From an uncultured virus (IMG/VR IMGVR_UViG_3300005512_000013) (Duplodnaviria > Heunggongvirae > Uroviricota > Caudoviricetes), in IMG/VR virus record IMGVR_UViG_3300005512_000013: a DNA stretch of 64,000 nucleotides; one strand, written 5' to 3'. Made by a program: the position numbers and the translations under genes. Every line of letters begins with the position of its first letter. Within the stretch, counting starts at the first letter, position 1. Shown here in pieces: positions 48,985-56,560 of this stretch. Under the pieces are notes generated by a model that did no database searches, was not told where the DNA came from, and worked only from the letters and a program-made list of their open reading frames with translations.

Positions 48985-49118
48985 AACGGGATCTCGTTGG
49001 GGTTATAGTTGGTGACCTGGACATAGATGCATTCCTCATCATAATCGGGGTACTCATCATAGTTCGGGTCGGTGACCCCCTCTCGGGGGTCTTCTTCGGG
49101 TGGATCGGGATCGATCAT
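48981..49118 (-). CDS. Acidic micropeptide (45 aa, MIDPDPPEED...NEIPF)
   Basis: Read by hand; GGGAG RBS, overlaps both neighbours by 4 nt. Confidence 0.5.
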   Translation of the reverse strand: MIDPDPPEEDPREGVTDPNYDEYPDYDEECIYVQVTNYNPNEIPF

Positions 49119-49423
49119 TTATGATACTCCCTAGTAAAGAATTGAACCTGGCGCTCAGACCAGGCGATGCACTCTTGGTTGAACTTCTCAGCATACGCAT
49201 CAGCAAACGTCTGGATCTGATGCTTCATGGTGATGTCATCAGAGACGATAGTAATGGTGAGGTTGTCTTCGATGAATGCCTCGCCGTCGGACACCCACTG
49301 GCCACGGCCATGGTTGACGGAGAGGCTGCACTCGAAGGACTCCTCGATGAAGTCGAAGCTGCCGGGCAGTTCTTCGACAAAGATACGGTACTCAGTCATA
49401 GGACAAACAGATTCAACAATCAT
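49115..49423 (-). CDS. Putative SAM lyase (T3 SAMase/DUF3574-like)
   Basis: GxW...E...FNQECI pattern parallels T3 SAMase GCY...EE...WEQDCV. Confidence 0.5.
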   Translation of the reverse strand: MIVESVCPMTEYRIFVEELPGSFDFIEESFECSLSVNHGRGQWVSDGEAFIEDNLTITIVSDDITMKHQIQTFADAYAEKFNQECIAWSERQVQFFTREYHK

Positions 49424-49643
49424 CAATGATCCTTACTTCCTCGTAGGAAATTTGTTGTTCATCAGAATCTTCAGAGGTCCATTCCTCATCGCCAATGACA
49501 AAGAGGAAGGGATCAATCTTACCTGTCTGTACACCCTTGATGAACTCATCTCGAGTTACGTCGTAATCAGGGCCAACCTTCAGGATGATATCACCATGGA
49601 CAACTTCAGAGTAGGGGATAGCAATATAAAACTTATCATTCAT
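49413..49643 (-). CDS. Hypothetical protein (76 aa)
   Basis: AAGGA RBS before MNDKF. Confidence 0.5.
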   Translation of the reverse strand: MNDKFYIAIPYSEVVHGDIILKVGPDYDVTRDEFIKGVQTGKIDPFLFVIGDEEWTSEDSDEQQISYEEVRIIDDC

Positions 49644-49869
49644 TGTCAGGTTCCTTTTGCTTCTGGCAGAGGACTTCTGTCTCGAGGTCGAACCAAGTGC
49701 CGCTGCCACCCTTGGCGAAGTATTCCCAATCCAGGCGGTATTCCTCGCCTTCGTTGAATGCCTTGGCGAGCTTAGCACGGGCTTCCTCTTCTGAGTCAGC
49801 CTCGATGGTAGTCCAGGCCTTACCGTACTCATCCTCGGAGTACCAGACCATCATGTCAAACTTAGCCAT
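49636..49869 (-). CDS. Hypothetical protein (77 aa)
   Basis: AAGGAG RBS; IEADSEEEA motif. Confidence 0.6.
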   Translation of the reverse strand: MAKFDMMVWYSEDEYGKAWTTIEADSEEEARAKLAKAFNEGEEYRLDWEYFAKGGSGTWFDLETEVLCQKQKEPDNE

Positions 49870-50312
49870 CAGTCTGCTCCTTCAGAGAGGGGGTTATCAA
49901 AGGTAGGGATATCGAAGCGGCGCTCACGTTCGAGCCACTCCTTAGCACGAGCAGACCAGCCAGTATACTCAGAGCAACCAACGCCTGGACGGTATCCGCT
50001 TATGTACTCAAGGTTCTCAAAGTCGGGGACCTGATTCATCATCTGACAAGCCGCGCCCATGGTGCGGTAGTCCTGGCAGTCGTACACGTTGTACGTGGTG
50101 TCATCCGACATCTTGTAGGCGTAGACCACACCGATCCAGTAGAGGACATCGGTATCGTCAAGCAGTACCCAACTGATGTCTCCGGGGTTTGGCATAGTCG
50201 ATGCATCGCTATAGTAGACCTCGAAGTTGCCATTGTATGCCTCCACTCTGTAGTAGGTGTTACGCATAGTGAAGCGGTACGTCTGCATTTCGTCTTCTGG
50301 GAAATCAATCAT
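49869..50312 (-). CDS. Hypothetical protein (147 aa)
   Basis: AAGGA RBS. Confidence 0.6.
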   Translation of the reverse strand: MIDFPEDEMQTYRFTMRNTYYRVEAYNGNFEVYYSDASTMPNPGDISWVLLDDTDVLYWIGVVYAYKMSDDTTYNVYDCQDYRTMGAACQMMNQVPDFENLEYISGYRPGVGCSEYTGWSARAKEWLERERRFDIPTFDNPLSEGAD

Positions 50313-50314
50313 TA

Positions 50315-50476
50315 CTAATGTCCTTCCTGACCTTCGGCCATAGCGAGGCAGAGGCCGATGTTAGCGAGGCCGTAGGCGTACCACATGATAGCCATGCCCC
50401 ATTCTTTTTTGGTCGTGTGATAGACCCCCTGCACCAGGTACAGGGCGCCCACGGTTAGAGGAATAACGTATCTCAT
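50315..50476 (-). CDS. Small two-TM membrane protein (53 aa, MRYVIPLTVG...)
   Basis: Read by hand; ATGA overlap with the upstream gene. Confidence 0.5.
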   Translation of the reverse strand: MRYVIPLTVGALYLVQGVYHTTKKEWGMAIMWYAYGLANIGLCLAMAEGQEGH

Positions 50477-50886
50477 CGGCGCGGCATGTGCCAATGGACT
50501 TTACGGACCATATCAGAGAAGGTACGAGTGGTGGCCTGGATGGCACGCTCCGCACGCTTCTTGATAGAACGCTCACGCTCCTCGAGGAGGATACGCATGC
50601 TTCGGCGGAGCTTTTCCACCTCGTTGCGCAGGTCACGGTACTCAGTAGTGATCTCGTTGATGGTGTCAGTGTTGTCAGCGACGTCCATCATGGACTCGTT
50701 GATGAGCTGCTGCACGTCGTCGGCATCGAGGACCTCAATCTCATCGATCATGGCTTGAACATCGTCGTCGTCCTGGAAGGAGTTATCGTTTTGGTTGATC
50801 ACTTCTTCGGCGCACTCGCGGATGTAGTCCTCGAGCTCGTTAGCCAGGTCAGCCATGTCAAACGTAAGGGTAGTGTTAATTTCCAT
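50473..50886 (-). CDS. Acidic/coiled-coil hypothetical protein (137 aa)
   Basis: Preceded by the repeat element and an AAGGA RBS. Confidence 0.65.
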   Translation of the reverse strand: MEINTTLTFDMADLANELEDYIRECAEEVINQNDNSFQDDDDVQAMIDEIEVLDADDVQQLINESMMDVADNTDTINEITTEYRDLRNEVEKLRRSMRILLEERERSIKKRAERAIQATTRTFSDMVRKVHWHMPRR

Positions 50887-50924
50887 AGTAGGTGTCCTTA
50901 GAAGGGCTTCATGATAGTGAACTG

Positions 50925-51104
50925 TCAGAAACAGCCATAGTCTTCGTCGGTGCCCCAGCCGCAGTCGCGGAAGGCACTGGCGTCGTCAAAGTCAAAGTCG
51001 TTGTCGAAGTCGTCATCTGCGGGGTCGTAGATCTCCTCTTCAGGAGTCAGTTCCTCGTAGGCGTCGAAGTCTTCGTCCTTGTCCTCTGGCGGGTCAGGAT
51101 CCAT
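50925..51104 (-). CDS. Extremely acidic small protein (59 aa)
   Basis: About 26 of 59 residues are D/E; starts MDPDPPED. Confidence 0.55.
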   Translation of the reverse strand: MDPDPPEDKDEDFDAYEELTPEEEIYDPADDDFDNDFDFDDASAFRDCGWGTDEDYGCF

Positions 51105-51435
51105 TGAGGTTCTCATAGAGATACTCCGAGAAGGATTCGAGGTTTTCCACAATGAATTTGTCGTTGTGGCAGTGATAGGGGGCCCAGTCAGTAACCAGGT
51201 CTTCGCGGTTCTCAGGGATGAGAGCCACGACGGTGTGCTTCTGGTTCTGGTTCTCGATGATGAGATGCGTCAGGTCCTCTGCAAGGAGTTCCTTAGCGAG
51301 CTCGCCGTGCGTATCGCAGACGATGTCCTCATCTTCGAATTGATCGTACATGTAGAGCGCGTAGCCTTCGTTCTCGAGCTTGCCGATGAAGGAGGTGAGA
51401 GCGTCTTCGATGAAAGTTCGGGTGATAGCATTCAT
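51094..51435 (-). CDS. Hypothetical protein (113 aa)
   Basis: Coupled ORF. Confidence 0.6.
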   Translation of the reverse strand: MNAITRTFIEDALTSFIGKLENEGYALYMYDQFEDEDIVCDTHGELAKELLAEDLTHLIIENQNQKHTVVALIPENREDLVTDWAPYHCHNDKFIVENLESFSEYLYENLNGS

Positions 51436-51734
51436 GCTGTGGTTACCTTGTCGTTGGACCAGACACGGCGTGAGATGATCCGCGTTCGCGGGTCTTCGTC
51501 GTGCTCGTAGAAATAGTTAACTAGAATGTAATCAAAGGCATCGGGGTTGAATCCGATGAAGTCGACTACGTTTACATGGTTGTAGCTTGGCGGGACACTC
51601 AACGGCGAGCTGTCCACGAGCGCCAATACTGAGTCCTTAGCATCTCCTTGGAGACGCTTTGGGCTCGGGGGTCGGCTGAAAGGCGGCTCGTCTTCTGAGC
51701 TGGCCTTGATAGCCTTCTCTAGCTTATCTGACAT
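51432..51734 (-). CDS. Hypothetical protein (100 aa)
   Basis: Coupled ORF. Confidence 0.5.
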   Translation of the reverse strand: MSDKLEKAIKASSEDEPPFSRPPSPKRLQGDAKDSVLALVDSSPLSVPPSYNHVNVVDFIGFNPDAFDYILVNYFYEHDEDPRTRIISRRVWSNDKVTTA

Positions 51735-51744
51735 ATTTATCCAA

Positions 51745-51918
51745 TCAAATGAAGGGATCGTAGGACCAGTCGGTCGCGAGGACAGCCTTGCGTTCGGCCT
51801 CTTCTCGCTTGCGCTTGGCGTAAGCCTGATACTTGTGAGCTGCCTCGTAGGACTTGGGATCTCCCCAGCCCTGCTTCTTGCAGAGTGCGACCCACTTCTT
51901 GCTGGCCTTGTTGGTCAT
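51745..51918 (-). CDS. Hypothetical basic protein (57 aa)
   Basis: ATGA overlap; starts MTNKASKKW. Confidence 0.5.
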   Translation of the reverse strand: MTNKASKKWVALCKKQGWGDPKSYEAAHKYQAYAKRKREEAERKAVLATDWSYDPFI

Positions 51919-52127
51919 TCGTTGATTCCAGTGGTGAGATCTTCGGACGAATCGACGCACATGGCGTCCCAGTTTTCCAGGATACCGGTATGCTCGGCGA
52001 TGATGCGCTCGAGGATTTCTCGGGGAGTGATCCAGGATTCGCTCATGAGGGAGCGAGAGTGCTGAGCCTGAAAGCCAGCGAGGCTTTCCCGGTAGTATTC
52101 CTTGGTGAGTCCTGCGTAAGTTTCCAT
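51915..52127 (-). CDS. Hypothetical protein (70 aa)
   Basis: AAGGA RBS, TAATG overlap. Confidence 0.55.
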   Translation of the reverse strand: METYAGLTKEYYRESLAGFQAQHSRSLMSESWITPREILERIIAEHTGILENWDAMCVDSSEDLTTGINE

Positions 52128-52279
52128 TAGATAATCCTTGCGTTGTAGAGTCTAGTGATGTGCTCGCGGAATGCGGCACGGGTATAACCATCGGGGAATG
52201 CTTGCGCCACAACGTGCTTGACTCCGAAGAGTACCACGCTGTAGCGCAGGATGGGATCATTGCTGCCGGAGGCGATCAT
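52127..52279 (-). CDS. Hypothetical protein (50 aa, MIASGSND...)
   Basis: Read by hand; overlaps both neighbours. Confidence 0.45.
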   Translation of the reverse strand: MIASGSNDPILRYSVVLFGVKHVVAQAFPDGYTRAAFREHITRLYNARII

Positions 52280-52665
52280 CGCATATGTCCTTTTACCTTT
52301 TTCCAATACGTGATAGTGATGAACTTCTTGTAGCCGTTGGGGCCACCGTTCCAGATGCGGGCTCGATCTTCGTCGGTTACAGTCCGACCGATTCGCCGAG
52401 CCGTGGCGTAGCGAGACATGTATGCACGGAATACGCGCTTGGAGTATTCCAAGTCTGCGCAGTCTTCATACTTGCCGGGGAGGTTGGCGTCTTGCCAGCA
52501 CGCCCGGTGAATCTGTAGTGGACCAAGAGCAGCACCACCATCGCCCAGGATAGGGCCGGTGCGACCAGAAGACTCAACCATATGTATGGCATTGATAAGC
52601 CTGTCATGCTCAGTCCCAGTCGTTGTGGCGAACATCATCGCCGTGATTATCATTAGACATTTCAT
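52276..52665 (-). CDS. Lysozyme-superfamily muramidase (i-type/destabilase-like) with signal-like N-terminus
   Basis: AIHMVESS, GPLQI..W.D, CAD..YMSRY and ARIWNGGP. Confidence 0.75.
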   Translation of the reverse strand: MKCLMIITAMMFATTTGTEHDRLINAIHMVESSGRTGPILGDGGAALGPLQIHRACWQDANLPGKYEDCADLEYSKRVFRAYMSRYATARRIGRTVTDEDRARIWNGGPNGYKKFITITYWKKVKGHMR

Positions 52666-52819
52666 TTTGGATTCCCTCTGTAACAGAGTAGATGTCCTTG
52701 GCAACTCCCTTGACTGTGTTGCATCCGGTGAGGAGCAACAGAGACGTGAGGAGCGTGAGAGCGGTAAGTGCACCAGCGATGGTGACCCAGCGCTCGACTG
52801 TGTTAGTCTTCATAGCCAT
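52610..52819 (-). CDS. Entericidin EcnA/B-like lipoprotein
   Basis: Lipobox LTGC followed by NTVKGVAKDI. Confidence 0.7.
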   Translation of the reverse strand: MAMKTNTVERWVTIAGALTALTLLTSLLLLTGCNTVKGVAKDIYSVTEGIQNEMSNDNHGDDVRHNDWD

Positions 52820-52990
52820 TTCCTTTCGTGATAGTGATTGTGAACTGATCCGGATGCTTTCTCCGGGTGCCGCACCGTGCGACGCTGTCCCTACTCAGTT
52901 TTCTGAGTGGGGAGTTTTCTACTATAATTGTGAAGCACTTCGATTAGGGCAGCCCTGTTCTTCGAAGAGCAGCCCTTTGATCCGACGTGC

Positions 52991-53026
52991 GAAAGCCCTC
53001 CCCCAGGTTTCCCCGAGGGAGGGCTT
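52991..53026 (-). terminator. Terminator-like hairpin after the small RNAP gene
   Basis: Minus strand AAGCCCTCCCTCGGG-GAAA-CCTGGGGGAGGGCTT followed by TC. Confidence 0.55.
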
Positions 53027-53037
53027 AGTGTGTGTGT

Positions 53038-54693
53038 TCAGATGAAGACCTCACCGATCAGGGTGGAGTCCTTCAGGTTGTCGAGCATTGTGTTGTTGTA
53101 ATTGAAGCCCTTCGTGTAGGCTTCCTTGGTTCCCTGATACGGGTTAGGGGTTTCTCGGATGACTGCTGCGTAGCACTGTGCTACGATCTCTCTCAGTCGG
53201 AGCGCGTTAGTGGGCGTGGTGAAGAAGGCATCGTGTACGGTTTTGATAGTGATACCTTCTGCTGCGCACTGGTTGATGACTCGGTGTACAACTGCCGCGT
53301 CAAGTGAGTGGACGAAGTTGGGCATGGTGCCTCCCGCGTCCGCTCCGGTTCTGTTCCGTTCGATGAGCCAGCCGTTAGGGGTGACCCATTCGATCGGGAA
53401 GTAAGCGCTGTCCTCGTCGTTAATGCTTGCGAACCATGCGGCCATTCGGCCCTTGAAGTCCCCAAAGGAGGGAAACTCTGCGTCAAGCTTTCTCTGTGCG
53501 ATTTCAGTGTAGTAGGACAGAGTGTCCCAGTTCCATTCGCCTCTGAGCCACTTGATGGTTGCGTTCTTGTTAGGCACTTCTTCGCCGTTGGAGTTCTCAA
53601 CCATTTCGCCTTCGTTGTCGATCCAAATGTTGAGGGCGATCTGCTCGTGATAACTGCCGTAGAAGGAGAGCATTACTACCGGCTTGGCAGCGTTGCGGAT
53701 CTTCCTCGGGTCAGTGATCCCTACGCTGTTGAGGAGGTTGACGATTGTGCTGTCTTTTACAATAAACGTGTAGAGGTCATGCTTGACGCTATCGGGGAGC
53801 AAGTTGGTGTACTTAGCCATCTTGGTGTCTCCCATGAGCATTGCAACAAACTGTGCCCCTGAGCAGGAGGCGTCTTGCTCCATCATGTACGCGGTTTTGC
53901 CGGTTGTCTTGACTTCCTTGATAGCGAGGGCTGCTCGGTATCGGTTGAGGTCGGAAGGCTCGGTAATCGGCTTGTTGAGGATTTGTCCCCAGTTCTTGTC
54001 GTTGACGCCATACTCGCTTTCTGTGATAGTGAGCATATATCGGTATTCTCGACTACCGTGCTTGATGTCGGTGGCCTCAGGTGCGTCCAGCATTGCTCGG
54101 TTGATCTTGCTTTGCGTGTACGATCCGAAGGTTCCACTCTGGTTGTAAGCCCTGCCGCGCCAGTCGCAGAATGCTTCTGAGTAGATTGGGCCTTCCCATT
54201 CGAGGAGTCCCTTGATAACGGCCCGCTCTTCAGGGGTCCAGGCGTTCATCCTGGTCCGCTGAACCAGTTTTCGCATCTCTTCGTTGAGTACGAGCGGGGT
54301 GTCTGCAAGAGTCTGAAGAGCGTTCTTCATGATGTCGGGCATCTCTTGCGCGTTGTTAGCGGAGTTGGACACTGCGGGTCGGTGGTAGCCCACTCGCAGC
54401 GGTGTCTTAGAGGGTTCGTTGACGATGAGCCCTTCTTCGGTTGCTTCGGCCCAGAGTGCTCCTCCGGTTCCGGGGATGGTTCGGATGAGCCCCTTCTTAG
54501 TGAGGTCTGCGATGTCGTGAATGAGAGCCGCCTTGTCGTTCCCATAGATTGCCAGGACGGTTTCATCGAGGTGAAGCGGGAGGGCCTTGACTTTGGTGGA
54601 GTCCTTGGGCAGGTACTTGTAGGCGTTGGTCTTCTTGAGGACGGTGTACTGGGCAGCGTTGATGTCTTGTCCGTTGACGTTGTAGTAGTTCAT
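53038..54693 (-). CDS. Second, miniature T7-family single-subunit RNA polymerase (551 aa)
   Basis: DWRGR, motif A DASCSGAQ, DLY, motif B RNAAKPVVMLSFYG, WVTPNG, PNFVHSLD, motif C VHDAF. Confidence 0.9.
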   Translation of the reverse strand: MNYYNVNGQDINAAQYTVLKKTNAYKYLPKDSTKVKALPLHLDETVLAIYGNDKAALIHDIADLTKKGLIRTIPGTGGALWAEATEEGLIVNEPSKTPLRVGYHRPAVSNSANNAQEMPDIMKNALQTLADTPLVLNEEMRKLVQRTRMNAWTPEERAVIKGLLEWEGPIYSEAFCDWRGRAYNQSGTFGSYTQSKINRAMLDAPEATDIKHGSREYRYMLTITESEYGVNDKNWGQILNKPITEPSDLNRYRAALAIKEVKTTGKTAYMMEQDASCSGAQFVAMLMGDTKMAKYTNLLPDSVKHDLYTFIVKDSTIVNLLNSVGITDPRKIRNAAKPVVMLSFYGSYHEQIALNIWIDNEGEMVENSNGEEVPNKNATIKWLRGEWNWDTLSYYTEIAQRKLDAEFPSFGDFKGRMAAWFASINDEDSAYFPIEWVTPNGWLIERNRTGADAGGTMPNFVHSLDAAVVHRVINQCAAEGITIKTVHDAFFTTPTNALRLREIVAQCYAAVIRETPNPYQGTKEAYTKGFNYNNTMLDNLKDSTLIGEVFI

Positions 54694-54704
54694 GTGTTCC
54701 TTAT

Positions 54705-54731
54705 CGTGATAGTGAATGTGAACTGTCCCCC
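54705..54731 (-). repeat. Early-region 27-bp motif GGGGGACAGTTCAYAWTCACTATCACG (copy before the mini-RNAP gene)
   Basis: Also at 56946-56972, 57628-57654 and 58037-58063; partial copies at 52827, 55541, 56281, 50911, 45892 and 45911. Confidence 0.9.
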
Positions 54732-54787
54732 GGTAGCGGCCGAGGGCTCCCTGTGTAGAGAGCCCCCGACCGAGCGCTGCCTTCGGA

Positions 54788-55252
54788 TCAGTCCTCCTGC
54801 AGGTTGCGGTTCTTCCGTATTGCTACAGCGAGTTGCTTTGCAGTGAATGTGAAGCCTCTACGTCTGGCTTCTTCGAGCGTTTCTTTGTAGTTGTCGTCCT
54901 TGCCTTGGAGCAGCGTTGCCATGACTGAGGCGTCCGTTGCGTTTTGAGGCTGGTATGCCTTCTTGGGAGCCTTGGGCATGTTTGCCTTGGCTTCAGGCGT
55001 GGGTTCGTACATGTCCACGGTGAAATCAAGGGGGTACTCGGTGAGTTCGGTCTCGTTGAGTACGCTGTTCGCACATGCTTGTCGGACGGGGCAGGCGATC
55101 TTACTCGCGAAGCCCTTTAGGTTGTTGACTGGAAGCGCCGTGTAGTTGTCGAGGATGTCCTTGACGGTGAGTTGATAGTGATACTTGTAGGGCGTGGCGC
55201 TGATGATGGGGAATTGCTTTCCTCCCCAGGTGCAGTGAGTCTTGTTATTCAT
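54788..55252 (-). CDS. Hypothetical protein (154 aa)
   Basis: AAGGGA RBS; immediately upstream of the mini-RNAP gene. Confidence 0.65.
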   Translation of the reverse strand: MNNKTHCTWGGKQFPIISATPYKYHYQLTVKDILDNYTALPVNNLKGFASKIACPVRQACANSVLNETELTEYPLDFTVDMYEPTPEAKANMPKAPKKAYQPQNATDASVMATLLQGKDDNYKETLEEARRRGFTFTAKQLAVAIRKNRNLQED

Positions 55253-55254
55253 GT

Positions 55255-55524
55255 TCAGAGTCCCTTCGGTCGGATGACGCGGTCGGTGACGTGGACGGTG
55301 TTGTCGGGCCCCGGCACGGTGCTGAGGTCCGGCTTGGGTCCTGCCGTCTGGGGCAGGTGCTCTCCGATTGGAGTCCAGATGTAGATGCCGCCTACTCCGG
55401 TCTTGCCTCCGTGTTGGGTGCAGCCTCCGAGTGAGAGTGCAAACAGGAGTGCAAGCCCTGCGAGGATGCCCACTGTGGTGTGGTGGGTCAGGATGTAGAT
55501 GAAGTTGTTGGTGTGTCGATTCAT
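55255..55524 (-). CDS. Putative lipoprotein
   Basis: Hydrophobic stretch ending in an LGGC lipobox; AAGGA RBS. Confidence 0.5.
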   Translation of the reverse strand: MNRHTNNFIYILTHHTTVGILAGLALLFALSLGGCTQHGGKTGVGGIYIWTPIGEHLPQTAGPKPDLSTVPGPDNTVHVTDRVIRPKGL

Positions 55525-55549
55525 GGAGTGATTCCTTGTGTGATAGTGA

Positions 55550-55990
55550 TCAGATGATGCGGAGGTTGAGGTCACCCTGATCCCTGAGGATCCTGATTCC
55601 CTCGGTGAGCAGGCGCTGCCCGTATCCGATCTGCTGAGTGGGCAGATCAGTCAGGACCGCGTTGATTGCCAGCAGCATGCTACTGACGGTTACGTTGGTG
55701 TGCTCGTGCCAGAATGTGGCCCAGTCGGTGACAGCCTGAGCGGCTTCGACTGCATCGCGGGTAGCCTGGTGGGCCCGCTCGTCCTTCCAGCGTCCGTAAC
55801 TGTCGTCGTACTCGTCGTCGCCCTGTTCGGCGTCGGCTCGGCAGCGGTCCATGTACTTTTCGCACTCGTCAGCGTTGTTCTCGAGGAGAGTGGCGACTGC
55901 CATGGTGAAGTGGGACAGGTTGGTGGAGGTGGCGTTCAGAATGCTCACGTTGAGCCCGCTTTGGTCGAGGTAGCAGATGTCCATGGTCAT
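55550..55990 (-). CDS. Hypothetical protein (~146 aa)
   Basis: AAGGGA RBS before MTMDIC. Confidence 0.55.
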   Translation of the reverse strand: MTMDICYLDQSGLNVSILNATSTNLSHFTMAVATLLENNADECEKYMDRCRADAEQGDDEYDDSYGRWKDERAHQATRDAVEAAQAVTDWATFWHEHTNVTVSSMLLAINAVLTDLPTQQIGYGQRLLTEGIRILRDQGDLNLRII

Positions 55991-56003
55991 GATTCGGTTC
56001 CCT

Positions 56004-56264
56004 TCAGGGTGTGGTTGTGATTGCGAAGATTCCTGCCCATCCGATTGCGAATGTGAGGATATCTTGTGGTGTGAGTTTGTCCCCGTTGTCGTGTACCCAT
56101 CCAAGTGCTCTGGCTATGATGCCAATCAGGGCGGGTACACCGAGGAAGCATACGGCGGGCCAGCAGATGCCAAACCAGATTGCTCCTTCTTTGGAGGAGG
56201 TGGTTTGTATAAGTGTGGCCGCTATTGTAACTACAATGAAGAGCATCATAGCGTCCATGGTCAT
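56004..56264 (-). CDS. Small multi-pass membrane protein
   Basis: Three hydrophobic segments; preceded by the motif and an AAGGA RBS. Confidence 0.55.
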   Translation of the reverse strand: MTMDAMMLFIVVTIAATLIQTTSSKEGAIWFGICWPAVCFLGVPALIGIIARALGWVHDNGDKLTPQDILTFAIGWAGIFAITTTP

Positions 56265-56289
56265 GGTTCTATTCCTTGTGTGATAGTGA

Positions 56290-56550
56290 TTAGTCTTCTT
56301 CGACGTGACGAAGGGTGGAGATTTGGAGGTTGGTGAGTTCCTCAAGGTAGCCCTTGAGTTCTTCGATGCGTTCTTCTTCTCGTTCGATGTACTTGACCAG
56401 TTCGTCCTGCGTGATTTCCCAGTTCGCTGAGTACGCTTCGGGGTCGTTGGTGTAGTACTCACTGCAGCAGCCGCAGGAGGCCGTGCTGATGCTGAGGTGT
56501 CCGCGGTGGACGCTTGCTCGGTCGATGGTTTCGTCGGTGAGGTGTCTCAT
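56290..56550 (-). CDS. Hypothetical protein with CGCC motif and coiled coil
   Basis: AAGGGA RBS before MRHLT. Confidence 0.55.
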   Translation of the reverse strand: MRHLTDETIDRASVHRGHLSISTASCGCCSEYYTNDPEAYSANWEITQDELVKYIEREEERIEELKGYLEELTNLQISTLRHVEED

Positions 56551-56560
56551 GCGTTCCCTT

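Noticed and set aside
53038..54693. Mini-RNAP as a pseudogene or assembly duplicate of the 39.6-42.1 kb RNAP
   Set aside because: Intact ORF with RBS and terminator, all catalytic residues retained, deletions confined to discrete modules, and sequence highly divergent from the other RNAP.
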